The notes beneath the pieces were generated by a model. The model saw only the letters and a list, made by a program, of their open reading frames with translations. It searched no databases and was not told the origin of the DNA. A DNA stretch of 64,000 nucleotides from a bacterium (GTDB taxonomy: Bacteria; RBG-13-61-14; DATKZS01): NCBI GenBank assembly GCA_963674965.2, contig CAXXFL010000005.1, positions 480,001-544,000 of the forward strand. Reading direction: 5' to 3'. This document shows, piece after piece, positions 10,024-20,354 of this stretch. Every line of letters begins with the position of its first letter. The stretch's first letter is position 1. The translations under genes were made by a program, and so were the position numbers.

Positions 10024-10110
10024 GGGACCACATCGAATGGCGCTAACTTAAAAAGAAAACTGCCGGAGTAATTCTGGAACGTTTAAGTTAGCGCCATTCT
10101 ATGCTGTCCC
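10024..10110. repeat. 29-bp-arm inverted repeat (REP/REPIN-like hairpin)
   Basis: Arms 10024-10052 and 10082-10110 are complementary at 26 of 29 positions. Confidence 0.85.
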
Positions 10111-10121
10111 AATATCCAAAG

Positions 10122-10865
10122 TTATCTGTCAATATAATATTGGGCAAAAAGATCGAAGTTCTCAATGCCAACGCCATTTTCGGTAATTTTTACCTTGTAA
10201 TTTATCAGGCCTTTTCTTTTGCCTTCAATTTTACATATATAAAATCTTATATCCTTGAAGTTTTCCACGAGTTCATTCGGTGACGCGTCCTTCCAGGTTT
10301 GCTCCGTTATTGAGCTTTCCCTCCACGAATAACCTCCACAGGGGCCGGTCAGCTTCTGTTCCGGTTGGGGATTGTATTGAGTTGGATTAGATGCTTTTCC
10401 AAATGGCGTGATTAGTTCCATGGTGTTCAGGTTGATGGTAATATCTTTCATTTTTTCAAGTTGGCCGCTCCCCTGAATAATCACCTTTCCATCATCGGTC
10501 TTGTGAGCTACAAGTCTTTCCTTGCCGACGTTCATCAGGACAAGATTATCTTGCGATTGCATGAGCTTGTACTCATCTTTGGTAATGCCCATATTTTCAT
10601 GATAAGGGAGGGGCTTCCCACCGGATTTTTCGTTTAGATGCTCTCTTGTATAGCTGAGCCACCAGTCCTGGTTGCTCTGTATCGCCCGCTGGAAACGCAT
10701 AATGATATCATTCATTTCGCTCGTCGTGCCTATGGTAAATACTTCTACCTCTGAACTGTCAGGAGGCAGAAACGACCTCAAGTCACCGTAATCGTCTGGA
10801 GGGAGTTCCTTATTACAGCCCGCGAAAAAAACAAGAAGAGCAATAATAAATAAAGGCTTTTTCAT
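10122..10865 (-). CDS. Hypothetical lipoprotein (low GC)
   Basis: MKK + hydrophobic stretch + FAGC lipobox. Confidence 0.8.
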   Translation of the reverse strand: MKKPLFIIALLVFFAGCNKELPPDDYGDLRSFLPPDSSEVEVFTIGTTSEMNDIIMRFQRAIQSNQDWWLSYTREHLNEKSGGKPLPYHENMGITKDEYKLMQSQDNLVLMNVGKERLVAHKTDDGKVIIQGSGQLEKMKDITINLNTMELITPFGKASNPTQYNPQPEQKLTGPCGGYSWRESSITEQTWKDASPNELVENFKDIRFYICKIEGKRKGLINYKVKITENGVGIENFDLFAQYYIDR

Positions 10866-10976
10866 GGCTACCTTTCCTCTTCGAAATCTGTGGTTAAAGG
10901 GTGATTTGCAACGGTCTCATTTAATCATAGATTATATCGTTTAATGCAATTTAGTCGTATCCTTTTTCACCTCATA

Positions 10977-11807
10977 TCAATTTCTTTCGCCACAGAGGCT
11001 AGCAATAGCGGCCTTCAATACTTGTAGACAAATTTGGGCAGTGTGCATATCAGGCGCAAACTGCGATGCTATCTGTTCATTTGGATGGATATAATTTCGA
11101 AAATCTCGTAACGCATGACTAAATTTCTTCACATCAAGGTTTAATAACTTGGTTTCACATGCTACATCAATGAGTTGAGAAAGCGTCCATTTATGAAATT
11201 GCTTGACTTTCCCCACATCATCTTTCGGGCAGCTCCTGGCTTGATTAAATACTTTTTGTTTTTGAAGTGCTGTCCCGAGTAGCAAGCCTTCAAGGATACT
11301 CCCACAAAGGAAGATAACGGACAGAGGGCATTCGTGAGCCATACATCTATCTGCTTCTGCAAGGCGATATTCAAGGATCGAAAGAAGTTTTGTATCTATT
11401 GGGACTTTTTTGATTGATATATTTCCAAAGTTCTTATTAAGAAACAAAGTCACTGGGTCTGTTTGAATGTTTTCCTCTCCAAGCAGTCTTGTAACAATTG
11501 AACGGGCTTCTCCATATCGACTATCTCGTTCTCCGGTATTATTCTGTGGATTCTCATATTCCCAAACGTCCAGCATTTCAGCGAGGACTTTACCAACCTC
11601 CGAGTCTTGTCCGACTTCCCAGAATGCACGGAGTCTCTTTGCTTTGGAGTTGCCGTTGAATCCGTATTTATCTGTATATATCTCGATTCCAACTGCTCTC
11701 CGGAATAATGATTCAAAAAATTCGTTGGAAAACGTGAGTACATACCCACCGGACATACTAAAGAGGTCTTCTAGTAGTCGCATTTCCCGAGGTTTTAAGC
11801 TACTCAT
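10977..11807 (-). CDS. Abi/restriction-associated N-terminal domain plus HEPN-like C-terminal domain; candidate defence protein
   Basis: N-terminal LF.M.GGYVL.FSN...SKAKRLRAFW; C-terminal LRDFRNYIHP (R...H); low GC; GGAGG RBS. Confidence 0.65.
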   Translation of the reverse strand: MSSLKPREMRLLEDLFSMSGGYVLTFSNEFFESLFRRAVGIEIYTDKYGFNGNSKAKRLRAFWEVGQDSEVGKVLAEMLDVWEYENPQNNTGERDSRYGEARSIVTRLLGEENIQTDPVTLFLNKNFGNISIKKVPIDTKLLSILEYRLAEADRCMAHECPLSVIFLCGSILEGLLLGTALQKQKVFNQARSCPKDDVGKVKQFHKWTLSQLIDVACETKLLNLDVKKFSHALRDFRNYIHPNEQIASQFAPDMHTAQICLQVLKAAIASLCGERN

Positions 11808-11926
11808 AGCATATCCTCCATGAAGGGTTCCATGCCCTTAACTCTCATCTCATCCAGCGAAATAGTTGCATAGGTGAATAGGGATGTCAATTATGATTCC
11901 TTAAATAGTATGCCGGAAATCGCTGA

Positions 11927-12078
11927 AGCCACTTTGGAGTGTGGCCGCTTGAGAGCGCTCTCGATGGTCTTGGCTTGACAAGGCTTTGTAATTCAGGGGT
12001 TTGCCACGCGCCAAGACGCTCGGAGGAAAAGCGGCGCCGAGCCGCGGCGCTCCATAGCGGGACTTTTGCAAGAGGCCC
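11927..12078 (+). mobile_element. MITE-like element, degenerate copy 2 (left end missing)
   Basis: Colinear with the other copies, with many substitutions; right end ACTTTTGCAAGAGGCCC. Confidence 0.85.
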
Positions 12079-12248
12079 TTTACAAAGGGGATGCATTGGG
12101 GAGAAATCCATTGTAATATTATAAAGACAATCTTCTTTTTATGCGCTTTACCAATCCTTAGCGCTTGCACGTCAAAAAGTTTTGAAGGGCCGAACGCCGG
12201 CCTGGGTCGGCCCTGACTTTCCGGATTATTTCAGGAGGAGTAACAAGA

Positions 12249-13343
12249 ATGGCTCAAGTGGACCTTAAAAACGACGCGGTCGAGATATCGGCCGACACTT
12301 ACTGGGTGGGCCGGAGGGAAGGGACCCTCCTCGAGCGCAACATTTACCTGCGCGTGTTCAAGAGCGGCCAGAAGGCCGTCAACGTCCTGGTCGATCCGGG
12401 TCCGCCCGAGGACCTGATGGCCCTGTCCAAAAAGGTCGAGAAGACCATCGGCAACCTGAGGAACGTCAACCTTACGTTTATAAACCACCAGGACCCGGAC
12501 GTGGCTTACAACGCCACCTACATCCAGAAGATGAACCCCAACATGCTGGTGCTTTGCTCGGAGGACACCTGGCGTCTTATCAGGTTCTATGGACTGAGCG
12601 AAAAGAAGTACCGGCCCATCGAGCAGTTCAAGAGCCACACCGTGACCCTTCAGACGGGACACGCCCTTTCCTTCGTGCCCACGCCCTTTTGCCATTTCCG
12701 GGGGGCCGTCATGCTCTACGACCATGAAACCCGGATTCTTTTCTCGGGCGACCTCTTCGGAGGGCTGTCCTACGTGCAGGACCTCTACGCGGACAAAAGA
12801 TACTGGGACGGGCTCAAGGCCTTCCACCAGATTTACATGCCCATACAGGAGGCCATCAGTTACGCCATCGGAAATATTCGGAAGCTCGATCCGCCGCCTC
12901 TCATGATAGCCCCCCAGCACGGCAGCATCATCACCGGCGAGTACGTGAACTATTATCTGGACCGGCTCGAGAGCCTTCCCGTCGGGCTCAACCTTCTCAT
13001 GGCCAGCCAGGAAAAGGACAACTTTATCGCGGCCATGAACGAGCTTTTGCTCGAGATCACGCCCATCATCGGGCCCGAGGCCGTGGCCCGGACCATGAAA
13101 ATATTCCAGGCCGACGGGTCCTTTCCCAACGTCATCTTCGCCAACAGCAAGGGGGTCAGCGACATCAAGATCGACCTGCACGCCGCCATCGAGATATTCG
13201 CCGCCGAGTTTATCAAAAGCGCCCCGGACAAGGCCGGGCAGATCGAGGTGGCCGTGCTCAAGGTACTGCTCGGGCGTAACATTCCTCTTCCCGAGAGCAT
13301 GGTGGGACAGGCGTCCGAGACGCCGGAGATTTTCGACCAGTAA
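12249..13343 (+). CDS. Metallo-beta-lactamase-fold protein, ODP (oxygen-binding di-iron protein) type
   Basis: LVDPG, NHQDPDV, FCHFRGA, LFSGDLFGG, FHQIYMP, IAPQHG. Confidence 0.85.
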   Translation: MAQVDLKNDAVEISADTYWVGRREGTLLERNIYLRVFKSGQKAVNVLVDPGPPEDLMALSKKVEKTIGNLRNVNLTFINHQDPDVAYNATYIQKMNPNMLVLCSEDTWRLIRFYGLSEKKYRPIEQFKSHTVTLQTGHALSFVPTPFCHFRGAVMLYDHETRILFSGDLFGGLSYVQDLYADKRYWDGLKAFHQIYMPIQEAISYAIGNIRKLDPPPLMIAPQHGSIITGEYVNYYLDRLESLPVGLNLLMASQEKDNFIAAMNELLLEITPIIGPEAVARTMKIFQADGSFPNVIFANSKGVSDIKIDLHAAIEIFAAEFIKSAPDKAGQIEVAVLKVLLGRNIPLPESMVGQASETPEIFDQ

Positions 13344-13652
13344 TTGGCGGCAGGCATTGATCATCGGACAAGGGCGGCCCGTTCATTATCGAAGAAATGG
13401 GCCGCCATTAATCTCGCCGAAAAGGTTGGGAAGCAATTTACCGCAAATTTATCACGGCCGGCAATTCTTTCCCACCTCATTTGCCGATTTTGATAAATCG
13501 ATTTCCCAACCCTGGCCTCCCCTTTCTCAATTTCAGCATAAGATACTGATAATAATAGATTAATAAGGAAATATCTGCATTTACCCCCCTCTGGTATTGC
13601 TTTTGCTTGATCTAAGTAAAAACCATTATTGAAATCGAGGGGAGTGGACTAA

Positions 13653-14624
13653 ATGACAAAGAGATCGATCATATCGTTTTTTTTCGCGCTGATTCTGGTG
13701 ATATTGGGGGTCGCTCGGGCGGGGGAGACCGTTAAGATAGGCGTCATTCATCTATTGGATCATCCCGATCACGCTCAAATGAGGCAGGGTTTTCTCGACG
13801 GCATGAAGGCTAAAGGTTATACGGTCGATTACACGACTTTCAACGCCGACTCTCCCCAATACCCGGAGGAGTACGTTCAGCGGGGCTCGGACGAGGCCCG
13901 GAAGATGGTGGAGGGCGGCGCCCAGCTTCTTTTCACGACCGGCATGTATCACGCGGTGAAGGACGGGGCGGGCCAGACGCCGGTAATCGACGCGGCCTTT
14001 CTTAGTCCTCTTATCATGAAGAACGCCGAGATGAAGAGCGGCAAGATGTACTCGACGGGCAACGCCGCGGGCACGTATCTGAGTTATCCTTTCGAGGAGA
14101 TCGTGAAGTTCGGCAAGGCCGTTTTTCCCGAGGCCAAGAAGATTGCTTACGTTTACAACCCCAATTCCCCGGTCAGCCGCCCGGTGGGCGATATCGAGGC
14201 GGAGGCGAAGAAAGTCGGGCTCGAGGTTGTCGCCATTCCCTTCACCAGCAAGGAAGAGGCCCTGGCCGCCCTGGATAAGGCCAAGGCCGGGGCTCCTTAC
14301 GCTTTCATCACCAACGATATCGCCATCGTGGGCGCGCAAAAGGAGGCCGTCGATTACGGCAAGCAAAACAAGTATCCCATTATTCTGGGCATACTGCCCG
14401 CGGTGAACGACGGGGCCCTGGCGTCTTTCCAGTTCGACTGGTATCGGGCGGGAGAGATGTGCGCCGAGAAGGCCGACGCGGTTTTAAAGGGGCAAAAGGC
14501 CTCGGAGATCCCCATGGAAAAATCGGACAAATTTCTGATGGGCTTCAACGCGAAAACGGCGGAGAGTCTTGGAATAACGGTCCCTTACGAGTGGATCGAA
14601 ACGGCGTCGGTCGTGGCGGAATGA
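13653..14624 (+). CDS. ABC-type substrate-binding protein (ABC_sub_bind-like), orphan
   Basis: Signal peptide, [34 protein letters not shown]. Confidence 0.85.
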   Translation: MTKRSIISFFFALILVILGVARAGETVKIGVIHLLDHPDHAQMRQGFLDGMKAKGYTVDYTTFNADSPQYPEEYVQRGSDEARKMVEGGAQLLFTTGMYHAVKDGAGQTPVIDAAFLSPLIMKNAEMKSGKMYSTGNAAGTYLSYPFEEIVKFGKAVFPEAKKIAYVYNPNSPVSRPVGDIEAEAKKVGLEVVAIPFTSKEEALAALDKAKAGAPYAFITNDIAIVGAQKEAVDYGKQNKYPIILGILPAVNDGALASFQFDWYRAGEMCAEKADAVLKGQKASEIPMEKSDKFLMGFNAKTAESLGITVPYEWIETASVVAE

Positions 14625-14676
14625 CCTTTTTAATTACGAGACATTAATATATTACACGGCCCGCGAGGAGATTAAA

Positions 14677-16608
14677 ATGAAGCTAAGCTTACAAAATCGG
14701 TTTCTGGTTCCCACCGTAATAATAATAGTAATCGGGATCGCCATATCCTCCGCTATTTCCTTTACCTATCTTAAGTCCAACATTCGGAGCGGATACGAAC
14801 AGCGCGTCTCTCAAACGTCGGAGTCCCTCGCGAGCTTCCTCTCCTTCTGGGTCGAGGACAGGCGTCAAGACCTGATCAACGTTTCGGCCGGCAAGATGAT
14901 CTCGACGGCCGTGCAGGACAACTACCTGGGAAAAGCCGCTCGACAAGCCGCCAACGACGAGCTGAGGAGCGTCAAGGAGAAGTACCTCGAGTACGAGAAT
15001 ATCAGCCTGGTCGACAAGTCGGGCATGGTCATCGCCTGCTCGAACGCGGAATACGTGGGCAATATCAGCGTGGCCGACCGCGATTATTTCAAGGAAACCC
15101 TAACCGGCAAGGTGGTGGTTTCGGACGTGGTCAAATCCAAGAGCACGGGCGATCCGGTTTTCGTGGTGTCCGTCCCGGTCCACGCCTCGGAAGGCTCGGC
15201 GGAGGGGGCGCTTTTGGGCGTGGTCGACGTGGGTTACTTCTCGAATAAATTCATCGCTCCCATCAAGCTGGGCGAGAGCGGCAAAATCTATCTTGCCGAC
15301 CAGAACGGTCTTGTCATAGCCGGCTCGGACGAGAAGGCGGTCATGAGCCTGGACCTTGCCAGGACGGACTGGGGCAAGGGTATTCTCGCCAACAAAAACG
15401 GACGCGCCGAGTACGAGCACGATGGAGAGACAAGGATCGCTTCCTACCAGCGGGAAAGCCAGAGAGGATGGACCATTATATCATCGATCGATCGCGCCGA
15501 GATCATGGCCCCCGTATATAAAGTCGGAGGCATTTTGCTATTAATAGGACTGGGATCGGCCCTGGCGGGGGCCTTCGTCATCTTCCTGGTGGCCCGCTCC
15601 ATCTCCAAGCCCATCACCTATATCATCGAGGGACTTGACGACAGCGCCGACCAGTTGGCCTCCGCCTCGGGCCAGGTCAGCTCCGCCAGCCAGCAGCTTG
15701 CCCAGGGGACTTCCGAGCTGGCCGCGGCCATCGAGGAAACCACCAGCTCGCTCGAGGAAATGGACTCGATGACCAAGCAGAACTCGGCCAACGCCCAGCA
15801 GGCCAACGTGATGATGGAGGAAGCGGCCAAGATAGTCGGAAACGGCCAGGAGTCCATGTCCAGGCTGGCCACTGCCATCGAGGAAATCAAGACCTCCTCC
15901 GACGAGACGGCCAAAATCGTCAAGACCATCGACGAGATAGCCTTCCAGACCAACCTGCTCGCCCTGAACGCCGCGGTCGAGGCCGCCAGGGCCGGAGAGG
16001 CGGGCAAAGGCTTCGCCGTCGTGGCGGAGGAAGTAAGGAACCTGGCCCAGCGCTCAGCCGAGGCCGCCAGAAACACCTCCAGCTTGATCGAGAGCGCCGT
16101 GTCCAACGCGGACAGGGGGGTAAACATCGCCGACGAGACAAGTAAGGCGCTCGAGGAAATAACCGAGTCGGCCAAGCAGGTTAAAGCCCTGGTCGCCGAA
16201 ATCGCCGCCGCCAGCGCCGAGCAGCGCCAGGGTATCGAGCAGATAACCATGGCCATGACCGAGGTGGACTCGACCACCCAAAGCAACGCCGCCAGCGCCG
16301 AGGAGTCGGCCTCCGCCTCGGAGGAACTGAGCTCGCAGAGCGAGGTGCTCAAAAGCATCGTGTTCCAGCTCGCGGACATCGCCGGTGGAGGAGCGAGTCA
16401 CGTCGGGCGCTCCAATAAAAAACCGACGGGAAGGAAACCCGGAAAATCCGGCGAGAAAAGGTACTACAACGACGAGGACTTCACTGACTTTTCCTCCGAG
16501 TATGACGACGGACGCTACGAAGGCAAGGGCAACGGGTCCGCCAAGAGCAAGGTCGACCCCTCAAGTATTATTCCGCTCGACGATAACGAGGAATTGTCCA
16601 CCTTCTAG
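14677..16608 (+). CDS. Methyl-accepting chemotaxis protein with dCache sensor domain
   Basis: Two TM segments, DRDYF Cache motif, [31 protein letters not shown]. Confidence 0.95.
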   Translation: MKLSLQNRFLVPTVIIIVIGIAISSAISFTYLKSNIRSGYEQRVSQTSESLASFLSFWVEDRRQDLINVSAGKMISTAVQDNYLGKAARQAANDELRSVKEKYLEYENISLVDKSGMVIACSNAEYVGNISVADRDYFKETLTGKVVVSDVVKSKSTGDPVFVVSVPVHASEGSAEGALLGVVDVGYFSNKFIAPIKLGESGKIYLADQNGLVIAGSDEKAVMSLDLARTDWGKGILANKNGRAEYEHDGETRIASYQRESQRGWTIISSIDRAEIMAPVYKVGGILLLIGLGSALAGAFVIFLVARSISKPITYIIEGLDDSADQLASASGQVSSASQQLAQGTSELAAAIEETTSSLEEMDSMTKQNSANAQQANVMMEEAAKIVGNGQESMSRLATAIEEIKTSSDETAKIVKTIDEIAFQTNLLALNAAVEAARAGEAGKGFAVVAEEVRNLAQRSAEAARNTSSLIESAVSNADRGVNIADETSKALEEITESAKQVKALVAEIAAASAEQRQGIEQITMAMTEVDSTTQSNAASAEESASASEELSSQSEVLKSIVFQLADIAGGGASHVGRSNKKPTGRKPGKSGEKRYYNDEDFTDFSSEYDDGRYEGKGNGSAKSKVDPSSIIPLDDNEELSTF

Positions 16609-16793
16609 AGCTTCTTGCAAAAGTCCTTTTCTTTGCGGCATAGCCGCTTTGGAGTGCGGTCGCTTGAGACCGCTTTCGATGGCCTTGGCTTGACAAGGCC
16701 TATTAATACACCGGCTTGCCTCGCGTCAAGCCGCTCGGAAGAAAAGCGGCGTCGAGCCGCCGCACTCCAAAGCGGGAATTTTGCAAGAGGCTC
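16608..16793 (+). mobile_element. MITE-like element, copy 3
   Basis: GAGCTTCTTGCAAAAGTCC ... GGAATTTTGCAAGAGGCTC; flanking direct repeat TCTA (16604-16607, 16794-16797). Confidence 0.92.
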
Positions 16794-17164
16794 TCTAAAA
16801 ATAATTTCGGGTAAGAGAACGTATCGCCTATATTCAAGGCGTTTAATTCCGACGCTTGATGGGAAGATAAACGCCCGTGACTCGATAAATGGTCCCGGCA
16901 TTGACTTCAAGGTCTTGGCCGGGACTCGACTTCATAACTCTGCCTCGAGACCCCGGCTGAACTGACCCCCCTCGCGCCTTCCTTTCCGGTTTGCGATTTG
17001 GCGTTGACAGGCACTTCCATTTTTGCTAAGCAATGAAAGTTCCAGGCCGGTCTTTTTATCCAACGGACCGGGTGGGGATGAGATCGCGCACGCTCCCCGA
17101 CGCGGGCGAGGCCGGGGGAACTTGCCGGCCATATCTTTAATTATCGTCCCTCCAGGAGGTGCAA

Positions 17165-19039
17165 ATGGAAAAAGGAATATTGATCCGAGACATGTCCGAC
17201 CTCGCCGAGATCGAGAAAATCCCGCTGTCCGATCGCGTTCTCGAGCGCAATACCCTCGAGATTCTGGAAAAGGGGGCCGCCATCGACCCGGCCGCGGTTG
17301 CCATCATCTTCCTTAAAAGCGGCGACGAGTACGCGGAGCCCGTGGAGATCACTTACGGACAATTCATCGGTCGCGTCCGCCAGGCGGCCAACATGCTCCA
17401 CGACCTGGGGGTCGGGCCAACCGACGTGGTCACCTATTTATTGCCCAACCTGCACCAGACGCACTTTGTGTTATGGGGGGCGGAGGCCGCGGGGATCGCC
17501 AACCCGGTCAACCCCATGCTGGAGGCGGCCACCATCCGGGACATCTGCGTGGCGGCGGGAACCAAGGTCCTGGTGGCCCTGGCCGAGCTTCCGGGCACGG
17601 ACGTCTGGTCAAAGGTCGAGGCCATCCGGGACCAAATACCCTCCCTCAAGGCCGTAGTCAGGGTAATGGGACCGTCGGACGAGGAAAAGGGAATCTACGG
17701 CTTCGACGAAAAGTCGGCCCAGTACCCGGCGGACAAGCTGACCTTTAAAAGGGACATAAAGCCCGGCGACATAGCCTCGTTGTATCACACCGGCGGCACC
17801 ACGGGCAGGCCCAAGCTGGCCCGGCGGTCCCACTTCAATGAGGTCGCGCTCTGCTGGGACCTCAAGGTCGCCACCGCCCTCGAGCCCGGCGAGACGGTCA
17901 TGGTGGGCCTGCCGCTCTTTCACTGCAACGGGACCTGCATTACCGGGCTGCTTCCTTTTTCGATCGGAGGGCGCGTGGTGATCCTCTCGCCCAGCGGGTA
18001 TCGCGACCCGGCCATCTTGAAAAACTTCTATAAGATAGTCGAGCGTTTTCGGCCGGTATTCTTCTCGGCGGTGCCCACCGTGCTGGGCATGCTTCTCGCC
18101 TTGCCGGTGGGAGAGGCGGACATATCGTCGCTTCGCTACGTCATCTGCGGGGCGGCCCCCCTTTCGGTCGAGCTGTTCAATAAGTTCGAGAAGCACACGG
18201 GCATGAAGGTGCTCGAGGGCTACGGCATGACCGAGGCCACCTGCGCCTCGGCGGTCAATCCCAAGGACGGCGAGCGCAAAATCGGCAGCGTAGGCCTCCG
18301 CCTGCCCTACCAGGAGATGAAGATAGGAGTTCTCGACGAGGAGGGAAAATACCTGCGCGACGCCGAGACCGATGAAATAGGCGTGGTATTGATCAAGGGC
18401 CCTTGCGCTTTCAAGGGCTACGTCGAGGAAATCCACAACCGGGGCATCTGGGTGGATGGAGACTGGTTCAACACGGGCGACCTGGGCCGTCGGGACAAGG
18501 ACGGTTATTTCTGGCTCACGGGCCGAAGAAAGGAGCTCATCATCAGGGGCGGCCATAACATCGACCCGGCCATTATCGAGGAGCCCCTTTACCGGCTGGA
18601 GGGAGTGATGATGGCTGCCGCCGTGGGCCGGCCCGACGCCCACGCGGGCGAGGTGCCGGTGGCCTTCGTCGAGGTGGCCGAGGGCTCGGGCCTGACGGAG
18701 GAGAAGATACTCGAGTACGCCCGCTCCGAGATAGGCGAGCGGGCCGCCATCCCCAAGGAGGTGCTGATAGTTCCCCAGGTACCCCTTACGGCGGTGGGCA
18801 AGATATTCAAGCCGGCCCTCAGGTGGGAGGCCGTCAGGCGGGTATATAAAAAGGAACTCGAGAAGCTGGGAGACCTGGCCGAAACGGCCGAGGTAAGCGT
18901 GGCCGAGCACAAGGTCCACGGGACCCTGGCCACCATCAAGATAAAGCCCAAGGCCGGCGCCGACGCCGAAACCATAAGGAGGAAGATCGACGAGATACTG
19001 GCGAGCTTCGTCACTCGCTACGAGGTAATCGTGGAGTAG
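17165..19039 (+). CDS. AMP-forming acyl-CoA synthetase
   Basis: HTGGTTGRPK, EGYGMTE, TGDLG, LIIRGGHNI, AVGKI. Confidence 0.95.
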   Translation: MEKGILIRDMSDLAEIEKIPLSDRVLERNTLEILEKGAAIDPAAVAIIFLKSGDEYAEPVEITYGQFIGRVRQAANMLHDLGVGPTDVVTYLLPNLHQTHFVLWGAEAAGIANPVNPMLEAATIRDICVAAGTKVLVALAELPGTDVWSKVEAIRDQIPSLKAVVRVMGPSDEEKGIYGFDEKSAQYPADKLTFKRDIKPGDIASLYHTGGTTGRPKLARRSHFNEVALCWDLKVATALEPGETVMVGLPLFHCNGTCITGLLPFSIGGRVVILSPSGYRDPAILKNFYKIVERFRPVFFSAVPTVLGMLLALPVGEADISSLRYVICGAAPLSVELFNKFEKHTGMKVLEGYGMTEATCASAVNPKDGERKIGSVGLRLPYQEMKIGVLDEEGKYLRDAETDEIGVVLIKGPCAFKGYVEEIHNRGIWVDGDWFNTGDLGRRDKDGYFWLTGRRKELIIRGGHNIDPAIIEEPLYRLEGVMMAAAVGRPDAHAGEVPVAFVEVAEGSGLTEEKILEYARSEIGERAAIPKEVLIVPQVPLTAVGKIFKPALRWEAVRRVYKKELEKLGDLAETAEVSVAEHKVHGTLATIKIKPKAGADAETIRRKIDEILASFVTRYEVIVE

Positions 19040-19083
19040 GTCGAGCGGGCCGGCAAAGTGGGCCGGGGCCTTGGAACTATGGC

Positions 19084-20049
19084 CTACTTTGCCAGGGCCG
19101 CTCGGATTTGAGCGTCCTGGATTTCGCGCCATCTATCGTACATGACCAAGAAGGCGTTAAGGCTCTCTTCATCGTCAATATCCAGGGTCGGTCCCACGCT
19201 GATAGTCTCGTGGATGGCGAAAACGGATTTAAAAACGTCCTGGGACACGACCGCCTCGCTGGTGGGGACGTCCACGTACTTCCTGAGGATTTCCCTCATC
19301 TTATAATGCCCGTTGTTGTGCATGTAGCTGGCCGCCTGGACCTTGGCGAAGAGCCAGAGGAAACGAAAGGGCATGTGAAAAGCGAAGATTTCCTTTAGCG
19401 CCACCAGCCGATTGAACGGGTGTCTCTGGTATCTCAATTTGTAGATCAAGGGAATGTATACCTCGAGCATTTCGGCGAACTTCAAGGGACGATAAGCGAA
19501 GATGTTGGAATGGCGAAGGATTATCTGCTTGGTTGAGATATGGATGAACTTTATGCCCGGGTCGGACCCGGCGGGCTCGAAAGGCTCGAGAAGTTTATGG
19601 TCGGTCACGCCGTAAATCATGTCAGCCCGCTCGCGGGGCATGGTCCTGGCAAAGGCGTCGATTTCCCGGGGATCGAGCATGGGCATGTCGCTGGTAAATC
19701 CCACGATTATCTTTTCCGGGTCGCCTTTTTCCCTGATCTCGGCCGCGGGCTTTCCCGGCTCCCACTCCGGGAAGGTGGAAAGACCGGACAGGTAGACGTT
19801 CTCGAAAACGTTGTCGCCCTGCTCGATGATTTTAAAAGGTTTCCTGGTGGACACGCCTTGCAGGTGGTCCTCTAGTTTCCTCCTCGGCCCGACCACGGTG
19901 ATCGAGCGAAGCGTATCGCACGCGTCGACCGCCTCGATCACCCGCTCGACTATGTACTTGTCCCGGAACTTGATGAACGCCTTGTTCTGACCCTTCACCG
20001 GAATCGAGGCTTCCTTTTCGCCCGCCAGTATGATCGCGTCGAATTCCAT
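19084..20049 (-). CDS. Nucleotidyltransferase-family (MobA-like) protein
   Basis: DAIILAG..., NKAFI, SDMPML, LDIDD. Confidence 0.8.
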   Translation of the reverse strand: MEFDAIILAGEKEASIPVKGQNKAFIKFRDKYIVERVIEAVDACDTLRSITVVGPRRKLEDHLQGVSTRKPFKIIEQGDNVFENVYLSGLSTFPEWEPGKPAAEIREKGDPEKIIVGFTSDMPMLDPREIDAFARTMPRERADMIYGVTDHKLLEPFEPAGSDPGIKFIHISTKQIILRHSNIFAYRPLKFAEMLEVYIPLIYKLRYQRHPFNRLVALKEIFAFHMPFRFLWLFAKVQAASYMHNNGHYKMREILRKYVDVPTSEAVVSQDVFKSVFAIHETISVGPTLDIDDEESLNAFLVMYDRWREIQDAQIRAALAK

Positions 20050-20354
20050 AAGGACCTCCGTGACTTATTCGCTCGCGCCGCCAACTCGCTTCATCTTCAT
20101 TATACGACTATCGAAACGAGTAGCAACACTGCCGGCGTAAATGTCATGAATAACTAAGCCCCTTTTCCCTTCATTGTATCCCTTTGTTTTTTAAAAATAG
20201 ATTAATCTCGTCCTCTCTAATGATCTCGGTATCTTCACCGAAATCTTGATATATTCTGACAATGGTGTCGACGTCAAGTTTTGCGGAAAACAATTTTTTG
20301 TAAGATACTCTCATCTTGGATATGCTTAAGGTAGCGAGCTTTTGGAGGTGGCAG

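Noticed and set aside
10040-10094. Integron attC site
   Set aside because: R-box-like ends are imperfect, the unit is short, the arms extend outside the boxes, and there is no second site or integrase; kept only as an alternative
16690-16720. TTGACA inside the MITE as a portable sigma-70 promoter
   Set aside because: No -10 hexamer at 16-18-bp spacing in the copies examined
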